Virus record (IMG/VR): IMGVR_UViG_2698536620_000007
Length of the DNA stretch: 43,864 bases
Source of the DNA: a virus
Taxonomy: Duplodnaviria > Heunggongvirae > Uroviricota > Caudoviricetes
Reading direction: 5' to 3' (one strand)
The first letter of the stretch is position 1, and each line of letters begins with the position of its first letter. Shown here in pieces: positions 1 to 9,057 of this stretch. Both the position numbers and the translations under genes were made by a program. The notes under the pieces are model-generated. The model was not told the origin of the DNA, searched no databases, and saw only the letters and a list, made by a program, of their open reading frames with translations.

Positions 1-140
1 CATTGAGATTTTCTACAATCGTCAGCGTCGTCACTCTCGTCTGGGGAATATCTCCCCGGCAGCCTTCAGGGAAAAATATCATCAGATGGCTGCTTAAAAA
101 AAGAACAAATGGTAGTGTCCGCTATTGCCAGTACACCTCA
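1..140 (+). mobile_element. Right end of an IS3-family insertion sequence (transposase 3' end plus terminal inverted repeat); the element body lies left of the window
   Basis: Frame 2 (2..97) reads IEIFYNRQRRHSRLGNISPAAFREKYHQMAA*, the typical C-terminus of an IS3-family DDE transposase OrfB. The element ends ...CCTCA at 140; its reverse complement TGAGGTGTACTGGCAATAGCGGACAC resembles the IS3 terminal repeat. 1-140 is the exact reverse complement of 43725-43864. Confidence 0.8.
2..97 (+). CDS. IS3-family transposase OrfB, last 31 codons (5' part outside window)
   Basis: Open frame from the window edge to TAA at 95-97 with the conserved FYN..R.HS.LG..SP..F C-terminal motif. Confidence 0.75.
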   Translation: MEIFYNRQRRHSRLGNISPAAFREKYHQMAA

Positions 141-141
141 G

Positions 142-339
142 CTATTACCTTCTTCAGAGAGCCCCCAGCTACTTCCTGTGACTCTCGATGCAGCTGCCGA
201 ACAGCCAGAATCGCTCGCAGAGGACCCGAAAACCCTCAGTATCAGCTGTGAGGTAACGTTCCGGCACGGGACGCTCCGCTTCAATGGCAATGTCAGCGAA
301 AAGCTCCTGACTCTGCTGATACAGGAACTGAAGCGATGA
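142..339 (+). pseudogene. IS66-family orfA (TnpA accessory protein) 3' fragment, truncated by the IS3-family insertion
   Basis: Open frame begins exactly at the IS3 end (the first 10 codons of track ORF 109..339 are IS-derived). It ends with an ATGA overlap onto the IS66 orfB start at 336, the usual IS66 orfA/orfB coupling. Confidence 0.6.
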
Positions 340-659
340 TCCCGTTACCTTCCGGGATCAAAATTTGGCTGGTTGCCGGTATCACCGATATGAGAAATGG
401 CTTCAACGGCCTGGCTGCGAAAGTACAGACGGCGCTGAAAGACGATCCCATGTCCGGCCATGTTTTCATTTTCCGGGGCCGCAGCGGCAGTCAGGTTAAA
501 CTGCTGTGGTCCACCAGTGACGGACTGTGCCTCCTGACCAAACGGCTGGAGCGTGGGCGCTTCGCCTGGCCGTCAGCCCGTGATGGCAAAGTGTTCCTTA
601 CACAGGCGCAGCTGGCGATGCTGCTGGAAGGTATCGACTGGCGACATATAACCAGGTGA
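336..659 (+). CDS. IS66-family Orf2/TnpB protein
   Basis: 107-aa ORF with the IS66 Orf2 signature (IWLVAGITDMRNGFNGLAAKV...DPMSGHVFIFRGRSG..VKLLW...GRFAWP). Confidence 0.85.
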   Translation: MIPLPSGIKIWLVAGITDMRNGFNGLAAKVQTALKDDPMSGHVFIFRGRSGSQVKLLWSTSDGLCLLTKRLERGRFAWPSARDGKVFLTQAQLAMLLEGIDWRHITR

Positions 660-661
660 AT

Positions 662-820
662 CATTTGATACCGACAAGGGGTTTAGTGAAAGGAGGTGAA
701 ATCACCTGTAAGATACTGAAATAAAACAGGTGATGGCTAGATGTGCGGATAAGGTCTATTTGATACCGATTGTGCAATAATTAGTCATTTATTATAAAAT
801 CGGCAACTCATTTGATACTG
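662..820 (+). repeat. Left-end (attL-like) array of putative transposase-binding repeats
   Basis: CATTTGATACCGA at 662-674, TATTTGATACCGAT at 757-770, CTCATTTGATACTG at 807-820; the same core is found inverted at the right end. Confidence 0.55.
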
Positions 821-892
821 TGGTTTTAGTCTTTTAAGGCGTTCCAAACAATGCGAAATACTCGATATAGTGCAAAATGCGGGCTAATGCTA

Positions 893-1438
893 TTAACCCG
901 CTTTTGGTTCTACCGCGTTAGATTTGCGACTTCTCTCAGTTTCTTCCAAAATCTCTCTGACGCGTTCGTCAGACATACCTTCAAGCTGTAATGCAGCTAT
1001 TCTTTTCCTTCCTTCTAAGCGGATTAGATCTTGATTTTCAGGCTCTAACAACCGAGCTAAGTACTTGGCTCCATTCAGAACCAAATTTTTCGATAGCTGC
1101 TCTAAGTCTTTTTCATCAAGTGCGCTGATAATCGTCATAATTATCTTCTTGCTTTCATCTTGATTTTCCTTGATCTCACACCGATTCACTTGTGATGCAT
1201 CACTGAATCCACATAGCCACTCAACACTTACTCCTTCGATAGACGCAATCTGAAGGGCGACACTTAAGGATGGCTCAGTGCCACGAGACAGATAATTGTT
1301 TAGTGTTGAAAATGAAAGCCCCCAATCTCTTGCTGCAGCTCTGACGCTGCGGGAGCCAATCAGCCTTTTCAGACGCTCAGCAATGCTTTCTTTTCTACCA
1401 CCAGGAAAAGAAAGAGATGTTGTTGTTTGCTTGTTCAT
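893..1438 (-). CDS. Prophage repressor (Mu c-like, HTH)
   Basis: 181-aa minus-strand ORF at the left end, divergent from ner, as in Mu. HTH-like segment AARDWGLSFSTLNNYLSRG. Confidence 0.65.
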   Translation of the reverse strand: MNKQTTTSLSFPGGRKESIAERLKRLIGSRSVRAAARDWGLSFSTLNNYLSRGTEPSLSVALQIASIEGVSVEWLCGFSDASQVNRCEIKENQDESKKIIMTIISALDEKDLEQLSKNLVLNGAKYLARLLEPENQDLIRLEGRKRIAALQLEGMSDERVREILEETERSRKSNAVEPKAG

Positions 1439-1570
1439 TTTCTTTTCTTCCTATCAATTTGAAATTATTAACTTTTAGTGTTGTCAGCAACCATTGATCC
1501 ACAATAGACAAAAGAAAGATGTTTTTTTTGCTTTACATGAAGCAGAAGTGGATCAATACTTATATCAAAC

Positions 1571-1594
1571 TTGATAACTAAGTTTAGTTATCAA
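1571..1594. promoter_or_regulatory. Perfect palindromic operator candidate between repressor and ner
   Basis: TTGATAACTAA-GT-TTAGTTATCAA (11-bp arms). Inverted half-sites TTGATCCAC (1494-1502) and GTGGATCAA (1548-1556) lie upstream, each containing a GATC. Confidence 0.4.
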
Positions 1595-1623
1595 ATTTCG
1601 TAACTTTTTAGGATAGATGAATC

Positions 1624-1854
1624 ATGGCGAGAAATGAAGTTAAGCCTGATTGGCATCCTCAAAGAATTTTGGGGGAAGTCAGAGCCAGAGAAGGAAGCAT
1701 GAGGGCGCTGGCCCGTAAAGCTGGCGTGGGTCAGAACAATCTGTACAACGCGGTATACCGCCATGTTCCCAAGTATGAGGGGATTATCGCGGAATGCCTG
1801 GGGGTGCCGCCCGAGGAGATTTGGCCCAGCCGCTACATTCGTAAGGTCGCGTAA
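1624..1854 (+). CDS. ner: Ner-like DNA-binding early regulator
   Basis: 76 aa directly upstream of the transposase; C-terminal EEIWPSRY matches the Mu Ner family. Confidence 0.8.
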   Translation: MARNEVKPDWHPQRILGEVRAREGSMRALARKAGVGQNNLYNAVYRHVPKYEGIIAECLGVPPEEIWPSRYIRKVA

Positions 1855-1856
1855 TT

Positions 1857-3944
1857 ATGTTTGCTTCAGTTAAAGAACTGGTTGGATTACCGGGGATGCC
1901 GGGAACGGAGCAAGGCGTTCGCTATTCAATCAGGAAGTATGCAACCAGCGAAACCAGCAGACGCCGCAAGAAAGGCGCTAAAGGTTTTGAATACAGCATT
2001 GACTGTTTACCTGAAGTGACACAGCAGGCATTACGCGAACGTTATGCCCTGCAACTGATGACGCAAAAAGCCGATGAATCACCGGCTCCGGTGGTGACAA
2101 AGGCCAGACGCTCGTCTGCCGTGGTTGATGCGGTGGAGGCATATCGCGGATCACCACAACTGATGGTCGAACGCCTCAATGCCCTGACTGAAAACCAGCG
2201 CCAGGTGGCAGACGCACGCATTGCGATCGTCAGTGAGGTGCTGAAATTCACGCAACAACCCGGTTTCAGCTGCGCTAAAGCTATCCGGTTCCTCGTTAAC
2301 AGCCTGGCACGATCACAACTGGACGAGCGCATTGTGGCAATGGTTGAGACGGCGAACGCCAAAAAGGGAAACAGCCGCGCGTTGAGTGAAATCACGCTGA
2401 AACGCTGGATTGCGGCCTTTAACAAGGCACAGAACGCCGCTGAACGCCTGCTTTTACTGGCACCGGGTAAACGCCAGGAAATAAAAGCCGAAGATATTAA
2501 CTGGCTGCCCGAATTTCTGGCGCAGTATCGCCAGTCAAACGGCCGACCAATGACCGAGGCTTACGAGGATTTTGTTGCTGAATGGCAGCACCGGCACGCT
2601 GATGAGCCTTATATGCTCGATATCATGCCCTCTTATGACACCATTCGCCGCGCAATGAAGAAACTGCCGGAAGTGGTGAAACAAAAAGGCCGGGTAACTG
2701 GCAGTGAATACCGTCAGCTTGAGGGATTCACGCGCCGCGACTGGTCCAGAATGCCGGTGAATTATGTCTGGATTGGTGACGGTCACGGCATGAAGCTGAA
2801 ATGCGCGCACCCGGTTCACGGGCGGCCATTCGCACCGGAAGTGACCTTTGTTATCGACGGTGGCACGCGCTTTGTGGTGGGCTGGAGCCTTGACCTGGCT
2901 GAAAATGTTTTCGCCGTAGCCGGTGCCATACAGCACGGTATTCGCCATCATGGCAAACCGTTTCTGTATTACTCGGATAATGGCTCCGGGGAAACCGCCG
3001 ACGTCCTGGATAAGGAGATTGTGGGGATACTGCCACGACTGGGGATTAATCACCCGACAGGGATTGCCGGTAATCCGCAGGGACGGGGCATTATCGAACG
3101 GCTTAACCGCACATTACCGATGCGCATAGCCCGTAAATACCGCACCTATTTCGGGAAAGGAGCAGATCGCGAGACGTTACGTAAAACCAACCGCGATTTA
3201 CGCTCGGCATTCAGTGCCCTGCAACAGGGCAAACGGCTGAACGCCCGGCAGCAGTCAGCGATGCGTGATTTACCGTCCTGGTCTGAACTGATTGATGCCA
3301 TTCGTGACGGTGTTGAGTGGTACAACAACCGGCCGCACGATGAATTACCCATGAAGCCGAACGGTAAACATTACAGCCCGGCGGAGTTCAGAAAAAAACG
3401 CCTGGCGGAAGAGGACACGGAAATTGAATGGCTGTCCGATGTTGAACTGCGGGATATGTTCCGGCCGATGGTGGAGCGCCCTGTAAGACGCTGTGAAATA
3501 CGCTGGCTGAATAATATTTACTACGCGCCCGAGCTGCGTGACGAGCATGGCCGTAAGGTACTTATCAGCTATGACATTCATGATGCCGAACGAATTACCG
3601 TGCGCCGCCCGGATGGCAGCGTGATTTGCGAGGCGGTATGGGACGGCAATAAACGCGAAGCCTTCCCTGTCAGCGCGGAATACTACAAACAGCAGCAGCG
3701 CCTTAAAGGCATGCGTAAACGCGCAGAGGAAAAAATCCGTGATGCCGAGGATGAGGTTGTCAACGTGCTGGAGCACAAGCCGCAGGAGCCCTGGCTGGAA
3801 AACATATACCGCCCTGTGGGTAATACGGTGACCGTTCAGCAACCGGTCGCTGACGATGAACCTGATGAAGAATACGAGCGTAATTTCCAGCGGGGATTGC
3901 AACTGCTCGAAGCGAAATTAAAAGAAAGTGATCCGCTGGCCTGA
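1857..3944 (+). CDS. Mu A-like DDE transposase
   Basis: 695 aa, position after ner, size similar to MuA; 4-nt gap after ner. Confidence 0.9.
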   Translation: MFASVKELVGLPGMPGTEQGVRYSIRKYATSETSRRRKKGAKGFEYSIDCLPEVTQQALRERYALQLMTQKADESPAPVVTKARRSSAVVDAVEAYRGSPQLMVERLNALTENQRQVADARIAIVSEVLKFTQQPGFSCAKAIRFLVNSLARSQLDERIVAMVETANAKKGNSRALSEITLKRWIAAFNKAQNAAERLLLLAPGKRQEIKAEDINWLPEFLAQYRQSNGRPMTEAYEDFVAEWQHRHADEPYMLDIMPSYDTIRRAMKKLPEVVKQKGRVTGSEYRQLEGFTRRDWSRMPVNYVWIGDGHGMKLKCAHPVHGRPFAPEVTFVIDGGTRFVVGWSLDLAENVFAVAGAIQHGIRHHGKPFLYYSDNGSGETADVLDKEIVGILPRLGINHPTGIAGNPQGRGIIERLNRTLPMRIARKYRTYFGKGADRETLRKTNRDLRSAFSALQQGKRLNARQQSAMRDLPSWSELIDAIRDGVEWYNNRPHDELPMKPNGKHYSPAEFRKKRLAEEDTEIEWLSDVELRDMFRPMVERPVRRCEIRWLNNIYYAPELRDEHGRKVLISYDIHDAERITVRRPDGSVICEAVWDGNKREAFPVSAEYYKQQQRLKGMRKRAEEKIRDAEDEVVNVLEHKPQEPWLENIYRPVGNTVTVQQPVADDEPDEEYERNFQRGLQLLEAKLKESDPLA

Positions 3945-4017
3945 AATAAAAAAATAACCCGAGGGGTGACTCAGGTTATTTGAGGTTTCAGTCTCGGAGA
4001 ATGCTGTCTCAAGCGAG

Positions 4018-4959
4018 GTGAATAATATGACCGATATTAACGATGTAATCAAGACCATTGATGAACTTATTGATGGCGGCGTACTGACGCAGTATGCCAT
4101 CGCCAGAGAGGCGGGAATTTCCGACGGCACATTATCGGCTTTCCGTAAGGGAAAATATAAAGGCGATAACGCTGCTGTGGCTGCTTCCCTGCGCTCCTGG
4201 TATGAGAACTGGAATAAACAAAGCGCACTGCCGGAACCGCCGCAGTTTGTGGAAACTCAGACAGTCCAGGAGCTGCGCGCACTGTTTCAGGCGGTTCGCC
4301 TGATGGGCTGTATTAACGTTATTGTGGGCGTACCGGGTGTGGGTAAAACGGCCACTGCCCGTAATTACTGCCAGGAGCAACCAAACACCTGGATGATCAC
4401 CCTGTCACCCGCGCACTCCAGCGTCACGGAGTGTCTGCTGGAGCTGGCCGATGCGCTGGGGATTGATTACACCCGCGCGAACAAAGGGGCATTATCCCGC
4501 GCCATCCGCCGTCGCCTGATGGGAACGCGTGGACTGGTGATTGTGGATGAGGCGGATCATCTTGGTATTGACGGTCTGGAGCAACTCCGGGCAATTCAGG
4601 ACGCCACGGGGATCGGGATGGTGCTTATTGGTAACCCGCGCGGATTGTTTAAAGGTGGACGCCGCGCCTTTGATGATTTATCGCGCCTGTTCAGCCGTCT
4701 TGCCCGTACAAAACAACTTCGCAAGGCCAAAAAGGCGGATGTGCTGGCCATTGCCATGGCGTGGGGGATCAGTGGTGAGGCCGAGCTGGCCGTCATGCAG
4801 GCTATCGCTGAAAAGCCGGGAGCGTTACGCGTTCTGACACATACGCTTAACCAGGCGTGGCTCACCGCCAGCGGTGAAGGCGCGGCGCTGACAGAAAAAC
4901 ATATTAATGCGGCCTTTAAAGAGGTTTATACCAACCCTGAATTACTCTCACAGGTGTGA
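4018..4959 (+). CDS. Mu B-like transposition ATPase / target DNA activator
   Basis: 313 aa with Walker A GVPGVGKT and Walker B VIVDEADH; follows transposase A. Confidence 0.85.
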   Translation: MNNMTDINDVIKTIDELIDGGVLTQYAIAREAGISDGTLSAFRKGKYKGDNAAVAASLRSWYENWNKQSALPEPPQFVETQTVQELRALFQAVRLMGCINVIVGVPGVGKTATARNYCQEQPNTWMITLSPAHSSVTECLLELADALGIDYTRANKGALSRAIRRRLMGTRGLVIVDEADHLGIDGLEQLRAIQDATGIGMVLIGNPRGLFKGGRRAFDDLSRLFSRLARTKQLRKAKKADVLAIAMAWGISGEAELAVMQAIAEKPGALRVLTHTLNQAWLTASGEGAALTEKHINAAFKEVYTNPELLSQV

Positions 4960-5183
4960 TTATGGCGGTATTTAATATTCCTGATATTTACGGACGCTTT
5001 TACCTGGTTAATTTCGATAACGTGAAGGTGATTTCACTGGCCGAAAATAAAGAATGTGGCGATTTACTTTTTGAATTTAATGACCGCACACGAATGGTGA
5101 TATCTGCCGGACTTGATCGCGAAGGTGCGACAGAAGTTTACAGCGGAATATGCCGTTCTGTTGGTGCGAAACAAGTCAGCTAA
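4956..5183 (+). CDS. Small early protein (Kil position in Mu), hypothetical
   Basis: 75-aa ORF overlapping the B stop (ATGA); the position corresponds to the Mu semi-essential early region. Confidence 0.4.
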   Translation: MIMAVFNIPDIYGRFYLVNFDNVKVISLAENKECGDLLFEFNDRTRMVISAGLDREGATEVYSGICRSVGAKQVS

Positions 5184-5450
5184 ATGAGGTGTTATATGAA
5201 TATGCAATCCTGCGGTAACAAAATGAATTTATTCGACTCCCTGAACAGCGCGCGCCGTCTGACCGAACTTGCCGGTGCGGTACTGGAACGCAGTAAGCGC
5301 TATCCGCAACGTTTTGCACTGAAAACCACGCCGCCGGTAGGCAACGTGCAGGGAACCGGTGAAATTGAAATCACCATACAGACCAACGGCCTGCGCCGCC
5401 GTGTGAAGGCCACCCGCATCAGCGGCTGCACGGTTTACTGGGAGGTGTGA
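5184..5450 (+). CDS. Hypothetical early protein
   Basis: 88-aa ORF, tightly packed in the early operon. Confidence 0.4.
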   Translation: MRCYMNMQSCGNKMNLFDSLNSARRLTELAGAVLERSKRYPQRFALKTTPPVGNVQGTGEIEITIQTNGLRRRVKATRISGCTVYWEV

Positions 5451-5451
5451 G

Positions 5452-5733
5452 GTGAAAAAAAATCTCATTGCATGGGCGTGGTCGAGTGGTCTTATTGAGT
5501 TTGGTTACGTCCTGCCGGAAGGTGCATTGCCGATAGTTGCCGGAAAGCCTGCCACGGTACGGCATGTGATTGAGGTTATGGCGCGTCATGGACGTGATGA
5601 ACAGGAGCAGTTACTGGTTCCGGGGATACCGGAAGCGGTGACGGAGGAAGAAGCCTTTAATGCCATGATTCGGTTCTGCCGTGAGGTTAGACGCCGGGTC
5701 AGTTATCCAAACAGAACGAGGACCAGAGGATGA
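5452..5733 (+). CDS. Hypothetical early protein
   Basis: 93-aa ORF, start overlaps the previous stop. Confidence 0.4.
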   Translation: MKKNLIAWAWSSGLIEFGYVLPEGALPIVAGKPATVRHVIEVMARHGRDEQEQLLVPGIPEAVTEEEAFNAMIRFCREVRRRVSYPNRTRTRG

Positions 5734-6002
5734 GTAAAGTCGTACGCATTATTTTCGAATACAAGGAAGATGTTATCTGCAAAAACTCTGATGGCAGCAC
5801 GCACAGAGGGGTAAGTCTGGATATACGTTCAACCGGAATAAAGAAGAAAGATAATGGACCCGCCATGATTTTTGGGGTGGTTATGCTGGCAGAAAGCAGA
5901 AACTTCGCAGAGTTTGTGGCAATGAAAGCCAGTGCATTCATGAAAGACAGAGGCATGGCTTCCGGGGTTATTAACGGTAATGAATTTAATCAACAGGGGT
6001 AA
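5730..6002 (+). CDS. Hypothetical early protein (paralog 1 of a tandem pair)
   Basis: 90 aa; N-terminus MSKVVRIIFEY and C-terminal A..F..A.F.A.A...G pattern are shared with the next ORF. Confidence 0.45.
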   Translation: MSKVVRIIFEYKEDVICKNSDGSTHRGVSLDIRSTGIKKKDNGPAMIFGVVMLAESRNFAEFVAMKASAFMKDRGMASGVINGNEFNQQG

Positions 6003-6006
6003 TTCC

Positions 6007-6300
6007 ATGAGCAAAGTACGCGTTATTTTTGAATTTAATCATGTTTCGCATGACGAAAAGTTGGCAGGCAATGACTGTGTTGAAGTGCATGAAAAGATTG
6101 GAGTGGATGTGAAAACAGAACGTGATACGGATAACAGGCCGACGTCACTCTGTGACGTTTATGCAAGTATTCTCCAGTATCACAGTCCTGCAATTATTCA
6201 GTTTCTCTCAGCGGAATTTCAGGCATCTGCACAGTCTTTTGGAGCGGATGCCATCATTAAACGCCACCGCGTGCATAAAGCATCAGGCACACTGCAATAA
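6007..6300 (+). CDS. Hypothetical early protein (paralog 2 of a tandem pair)
   Basis: Starts MSKVRVIFEF at the internal ATG of track ORF 5980..6300; similar to the 5730..6002 product. Confidence 0.45.
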   Translation: MSKVRVIFEFNHVSHDEKLAGNDCVEVHEKIGVDVKTERDTDNRPTSLCDVYASILQYHSPAIIQFLSAEFQASAQSFGADAIIKRHRVHKASGTLQ

Positions 6301-6311
6301 GGAAAAACAAA

Positions 6312-6842
6312 ATGGCTAAACGCGTTACAAAATTAAAGGCCGCAGCCGAGGCGGCACCGCAGACCCGGGAAGAAGTCAGCCGTGATATCCGCACCCTGGG
6401 AGATATTCAGCGAGAGGCGCTGCGCCTGGAAACGGCGATGAATGACGAAGTGGCAGAAATCACCGCCCGTTATACGCCGCAGATTGAAAATCTTAAAAAG
6501 CAAATCAAAGTGCTTTTTAAAGGGATTCAGGACTGGTGCAAAACCAACCGTGATGAGCTGACGAACGGCGGCAAAACCAAAACAGCCAATCTGACCACCG
6601 GAACGGTGTCATGGCGGCTGGGAACGCCATCATGCAGCGTCAGCCGTGATGTGGAAGGTGTGATTGAAATGCTGCGCCGTATGGGGCTTGAGCGTTTCAT
6701 CCGCACGAAAGAGGAAGTGAACAAGGAAGCCGTCCTGGCGGAGCCGGATGCTGTGAAAGGCATTGCCGGTATCAAGGTGAATAAAGGCGCTGAAAGTTTT
6801 TATGTCGAGCCTTTTGAACAGGACGCCGGACTGAATAAATAA
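6312..6842 (+). CDS. gam: Gam-like DNA-end-binding host-nuclease inhibitor
   Basis: 176 aa with the Mu Gam family signature (RLETAMNDEVAEIT, CKTNRDELTNGGKTKTANL, SWRLG, FIRTKEEVNKEA). Confidence 0.85.
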   Translation: MAKRVTKLKAAAEAAPQTREEVSRDIRTLGDIQREALRLETAMNDEVAEITARYTPQIENLKKQIKVLFKGIQDWCKTNRDELTNGGKTKTANLTTGTVSWRLGTPSCSVSRDVEGVIEMLRRMGLERFIRTKEEVNKEAVLAEPDAVKGIAGIKVNKGAESFYVEPFEQDAGLNK

Positions 6843-6987
6843 CACCGCATTAATCAATTAAATATCACTTCATTTTAATTATGGCGCTCGCGTCAGGGGA
6901 CTGCTTGCGCCTGAAAACAGAAAATAAGGGTTAAGAAATATGAAATACGTTTATATCGTCATTAATAATGTGGTGGGGAAATAAATC

Positions 6988-7521
6988 ATGATTGATGCAA
7001 AAGTGCTTGAAGGGGTTAAAAACTGGCTGTGTATTTATGGCCGCCTGACCTGCGGTGTACTGGCTGAAAAAATGAATATGCCGCCATCCTCCATGGTTTA
7101 TTTTCTGCGTGATGCGGTTGATGCAGGCGTGCTGACGGAATGTAACGGTTTTTATGATATTCCGCGTCCCCGCCCGGTGCAGCCGGTTCGTCGCAAATGC
7201 AGCCAGGAATCTGCGGCTGATGATGTTCAGTGGTGCGGCTTCAGAAAATCCCTGCCATGGATTGAGGGGCATGATATTCCGTCGATGGCGTGGGAATTTG
7301 CTCAGGGCGTTCTGACCTGTGAAACCGTTTATGTGGTGGCTGAAGTTGATGAGCAGGCCATGAAAGAAGGCGTGCCCCAGTTTGTGATGGCGTATATCGA
7401 CATACGCCTGGGCGTCATTATCTGCGGTTTAAGCGGCTGGAATATCACTGAACATGTTCTGCGCTACCTGATTGTTGACCGGACAGCAGCGCCTGCCGGG
7501 ATATCTGCGGAGGTGGCGTAA
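6988..7521 (+). CDS. Hypothetical early protein
   Basis: 177-aa ORF in the rightward early operon. Confidence 0.45.
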   Translation: MIDAKVLEGVKNWLCIYGRLTCGVLAEKMNMPPSSMVYFLRDAVDAGVLTECNGFYDIPRPRPVQPVRRKCSQESAADDVQWCGFRKSLPWIEGHDIPSMAWEFAQGVLTCETVYVVAEVDEQAMKEGVPQFVMAYIDIRLGVIICGLSGWNITEHVLRYLIVDRTAAPAGISAEVA

Positions 7522-8036
7522 TGTTCTTTAAAACATCAAACCCTTCCGCGCTGGCTGCGTGGCAAAAATACCAGCAGGACTGCCAGAAAGTTAAGGATGA
7601 GGCAAAACGCCTTGAGGCCGTGCTGAATGTTGCGTGCCGGTCGGTATTTGTATCCGGTATCAGTGGATTTTACTTTAAGGGACTGCGTTTTACGGAGGAC
7701 AAATATCCTTTTCATCGCGACTTATGGCGAAAACCGACTGCGTCGAATGGCTGGAGCTGCACACCGCGCACATCACGTATCCCTAAAACCCTGCGTGTTG
7801 CCTCTGATGAACTGAACAGTCTGTGGCGTGAATATTCGCCCGTCACGTATGCCAGAACCGATGCGCTGTTGTTCTGGTTGGGTATTGATTTCTCGGCAAT
7901 CCTGTTTGGCCCTGTGAAGTGGTTCTGCGTTGACGATGTGATTTACCTTCAGTGCGGCGTAAAACCCGCAAAACAGAAAATGACCGAAATACTGTCTGAT
8001 GAGTTTTATGCTGCTGAAAAGCGAGTCAGGGGGTGA
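7521..8036 (+). CDS. Hypothetical early protein
   Basis: 171-aa ORF; stop/start overlap with the neighbour. Confidence 0.45.
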   Translation: MFFKTSNPSALAAWQKYQQDCQKVKDEAKRLEAVLNVACRSVFVSGISGFYFKGLRFTEDKYPFHRDLWRKPTASNGWSCTPRTSRIPKTLRVASDELNSLWREYSPVTYARTDALLFWLGIDFSAILFGPVKWFCVDDVIYLQCGVKPAKQKMTEILSDEFYAAEKRVRG

Positions 8037-8039
8037 TGC

Positions 8040-8591
8040 ATGATGAAATTACAACCCATGGGACTAAAAGGTCGCGCCCCCGCTCATGTCCGTCCGTGGA
8101 CACCTGAAGAAGATGCGCTGCTGATTGCGCTTTATTCATCCACCCCGGTTAAGGATATTGCTGCCAGAATAAAAAGAACTGTCTGGGCTGTATATAACCG
8201 GACTGGTGTATTGCGCAGTTCATACCCGGAGTTACTGAAATATAAACACCCAAGATTTACACCTGATGAAGATAAGTTTATTCGAAAAAATGCCAGAACA
8301 ATGACCTGCCAGCAAATGGGAGAATATCTCGGACGTAATAAAGATTCTGTCAGATGTCGGGCAGGAATGATTGGTGCTGGATTAACAAAGTGCGGAGAGT
8401 TACGCCCCGGCACGCGCATATCTGATGATGATGTACGTCTTATACGTGAGCTGCGTGATTCCGATTACCCACGCCGTCTGTCATTCCGGGAAATTGGCGA
8501 AAAGTTTGGAATATCTGAACATTCTGCTCACGCAGTTTATTACCGTCGCCGGACTGCCGAGGACGCTGTATTACGGGAGTTAACGCCATGA
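8040..8591 (+). CDS. Putative DNA-binding protein with two Myb/SANT-like repeats and a C-terminal HTH
   Basis: WTPEEDALLIALY and FTPDEDKFIRKNA repeat units plus a C-terminal HTH-like LSFREIGEKFGISEHSAHAVYYRR. Confidence 0.45.
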   Translation: MMKLQPMGLKGRAPAHVRPWTPEEDALLIALYSSTPVKDIAARIKRTVWAVYNRTGVLRSSYPELLKYKHPRFTPDEDKFIRKNARTMTCQQMGEYLGRNKDSVRCRAGMIGAGLTKCGELRPGTRISDDDVRLIRELRDSDYPRRLSFREIGEKFGISEHSAHAVYYRRRTAEDAVLRELTP

Positions 8592-8920
8592 TAACGACCT
8601 TATTTGTTGAATCAGATGAACCTCTTGTGTGTGCCGCCGGAATGCCGCTCTGTGGCGGAACGCTGACCGGCGTTTATTTCGGGGATTTGCGCGGTTATCC
8701 CTGGCATTCACTGGATGACGCATTTCCGCCTGATATGGAGGCTGTCGTGCTGATTGTTCAGTATGGTGACCAACAGGAACTGCGCATCGGCCATATGGGG
8801 TATGAAGGCTTTTTTATTGATGAAGAAACCGGAGCCTGCCTTGAAGATGAGGACGGACAGGTGACGCACTGGTGCCATCTTTCGGCCTTGCCGGAATTAC
8901 AGGGGATACATAATGGATGA
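8588..8920 (+). CDS. Hypothetical early protein
   Basis: 110-aa ORF overlapping the previous stop. Confidence 0.4.
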   Translation: MITTLFVESDEPLVCAAGMPLCGGTLTGVYFGDLRGYPWHSLDDAFPPDMEAVVLIVQYGDQQELRIGHMGYEGFFIDEETGACLEDEDGQVTHWCHLSALPELQGIHNG

Positions 8921-9056
8921 GCAAATTGTTGAATGTCCCACCTGTGGAAATGAGGACCCGGAGTATCTGAAAGAGTGCCCACATTGTGGTGAGATAAAAT
9001 GTAACCACTGCGATATGGGCGACGACACTGCATGTATAAATTGTGAGGATGAATAA
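8913..9056 (+). CDS. Small zinc-ribbon protein (four CxxC motifs), not in the ORF track
   Basis: ATG at 8913; 47 aa MDEQIVECPTCGNEDPEYLKECPHCGEIKCNHCDMGDDTACINCEDE; stop overlaps the next start (TAATATG). Confidence 0.45.
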   Translation: MDEQIVECPTCGNEDPEYLKECPHCGEIKCNHCDMGDDTACINCEDE

Positions 9057-9057
9057 T

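Noticed and set aside
109-339. Track ORF MVVSAIASTP... read as an intact gene
   Set aside because: Its first 10 codons are IS3-end sequence (the same 10 residues reappear in the minus-strand ORF 43571..43756 at the other IS end); it is a chimera across the IS/IS66 junction.
2535-3053. 172-aa minus-strand ORF within transposase A
   Set aside because: Antisense shadow ORF; the transposase frame on the plus strand is continuous.
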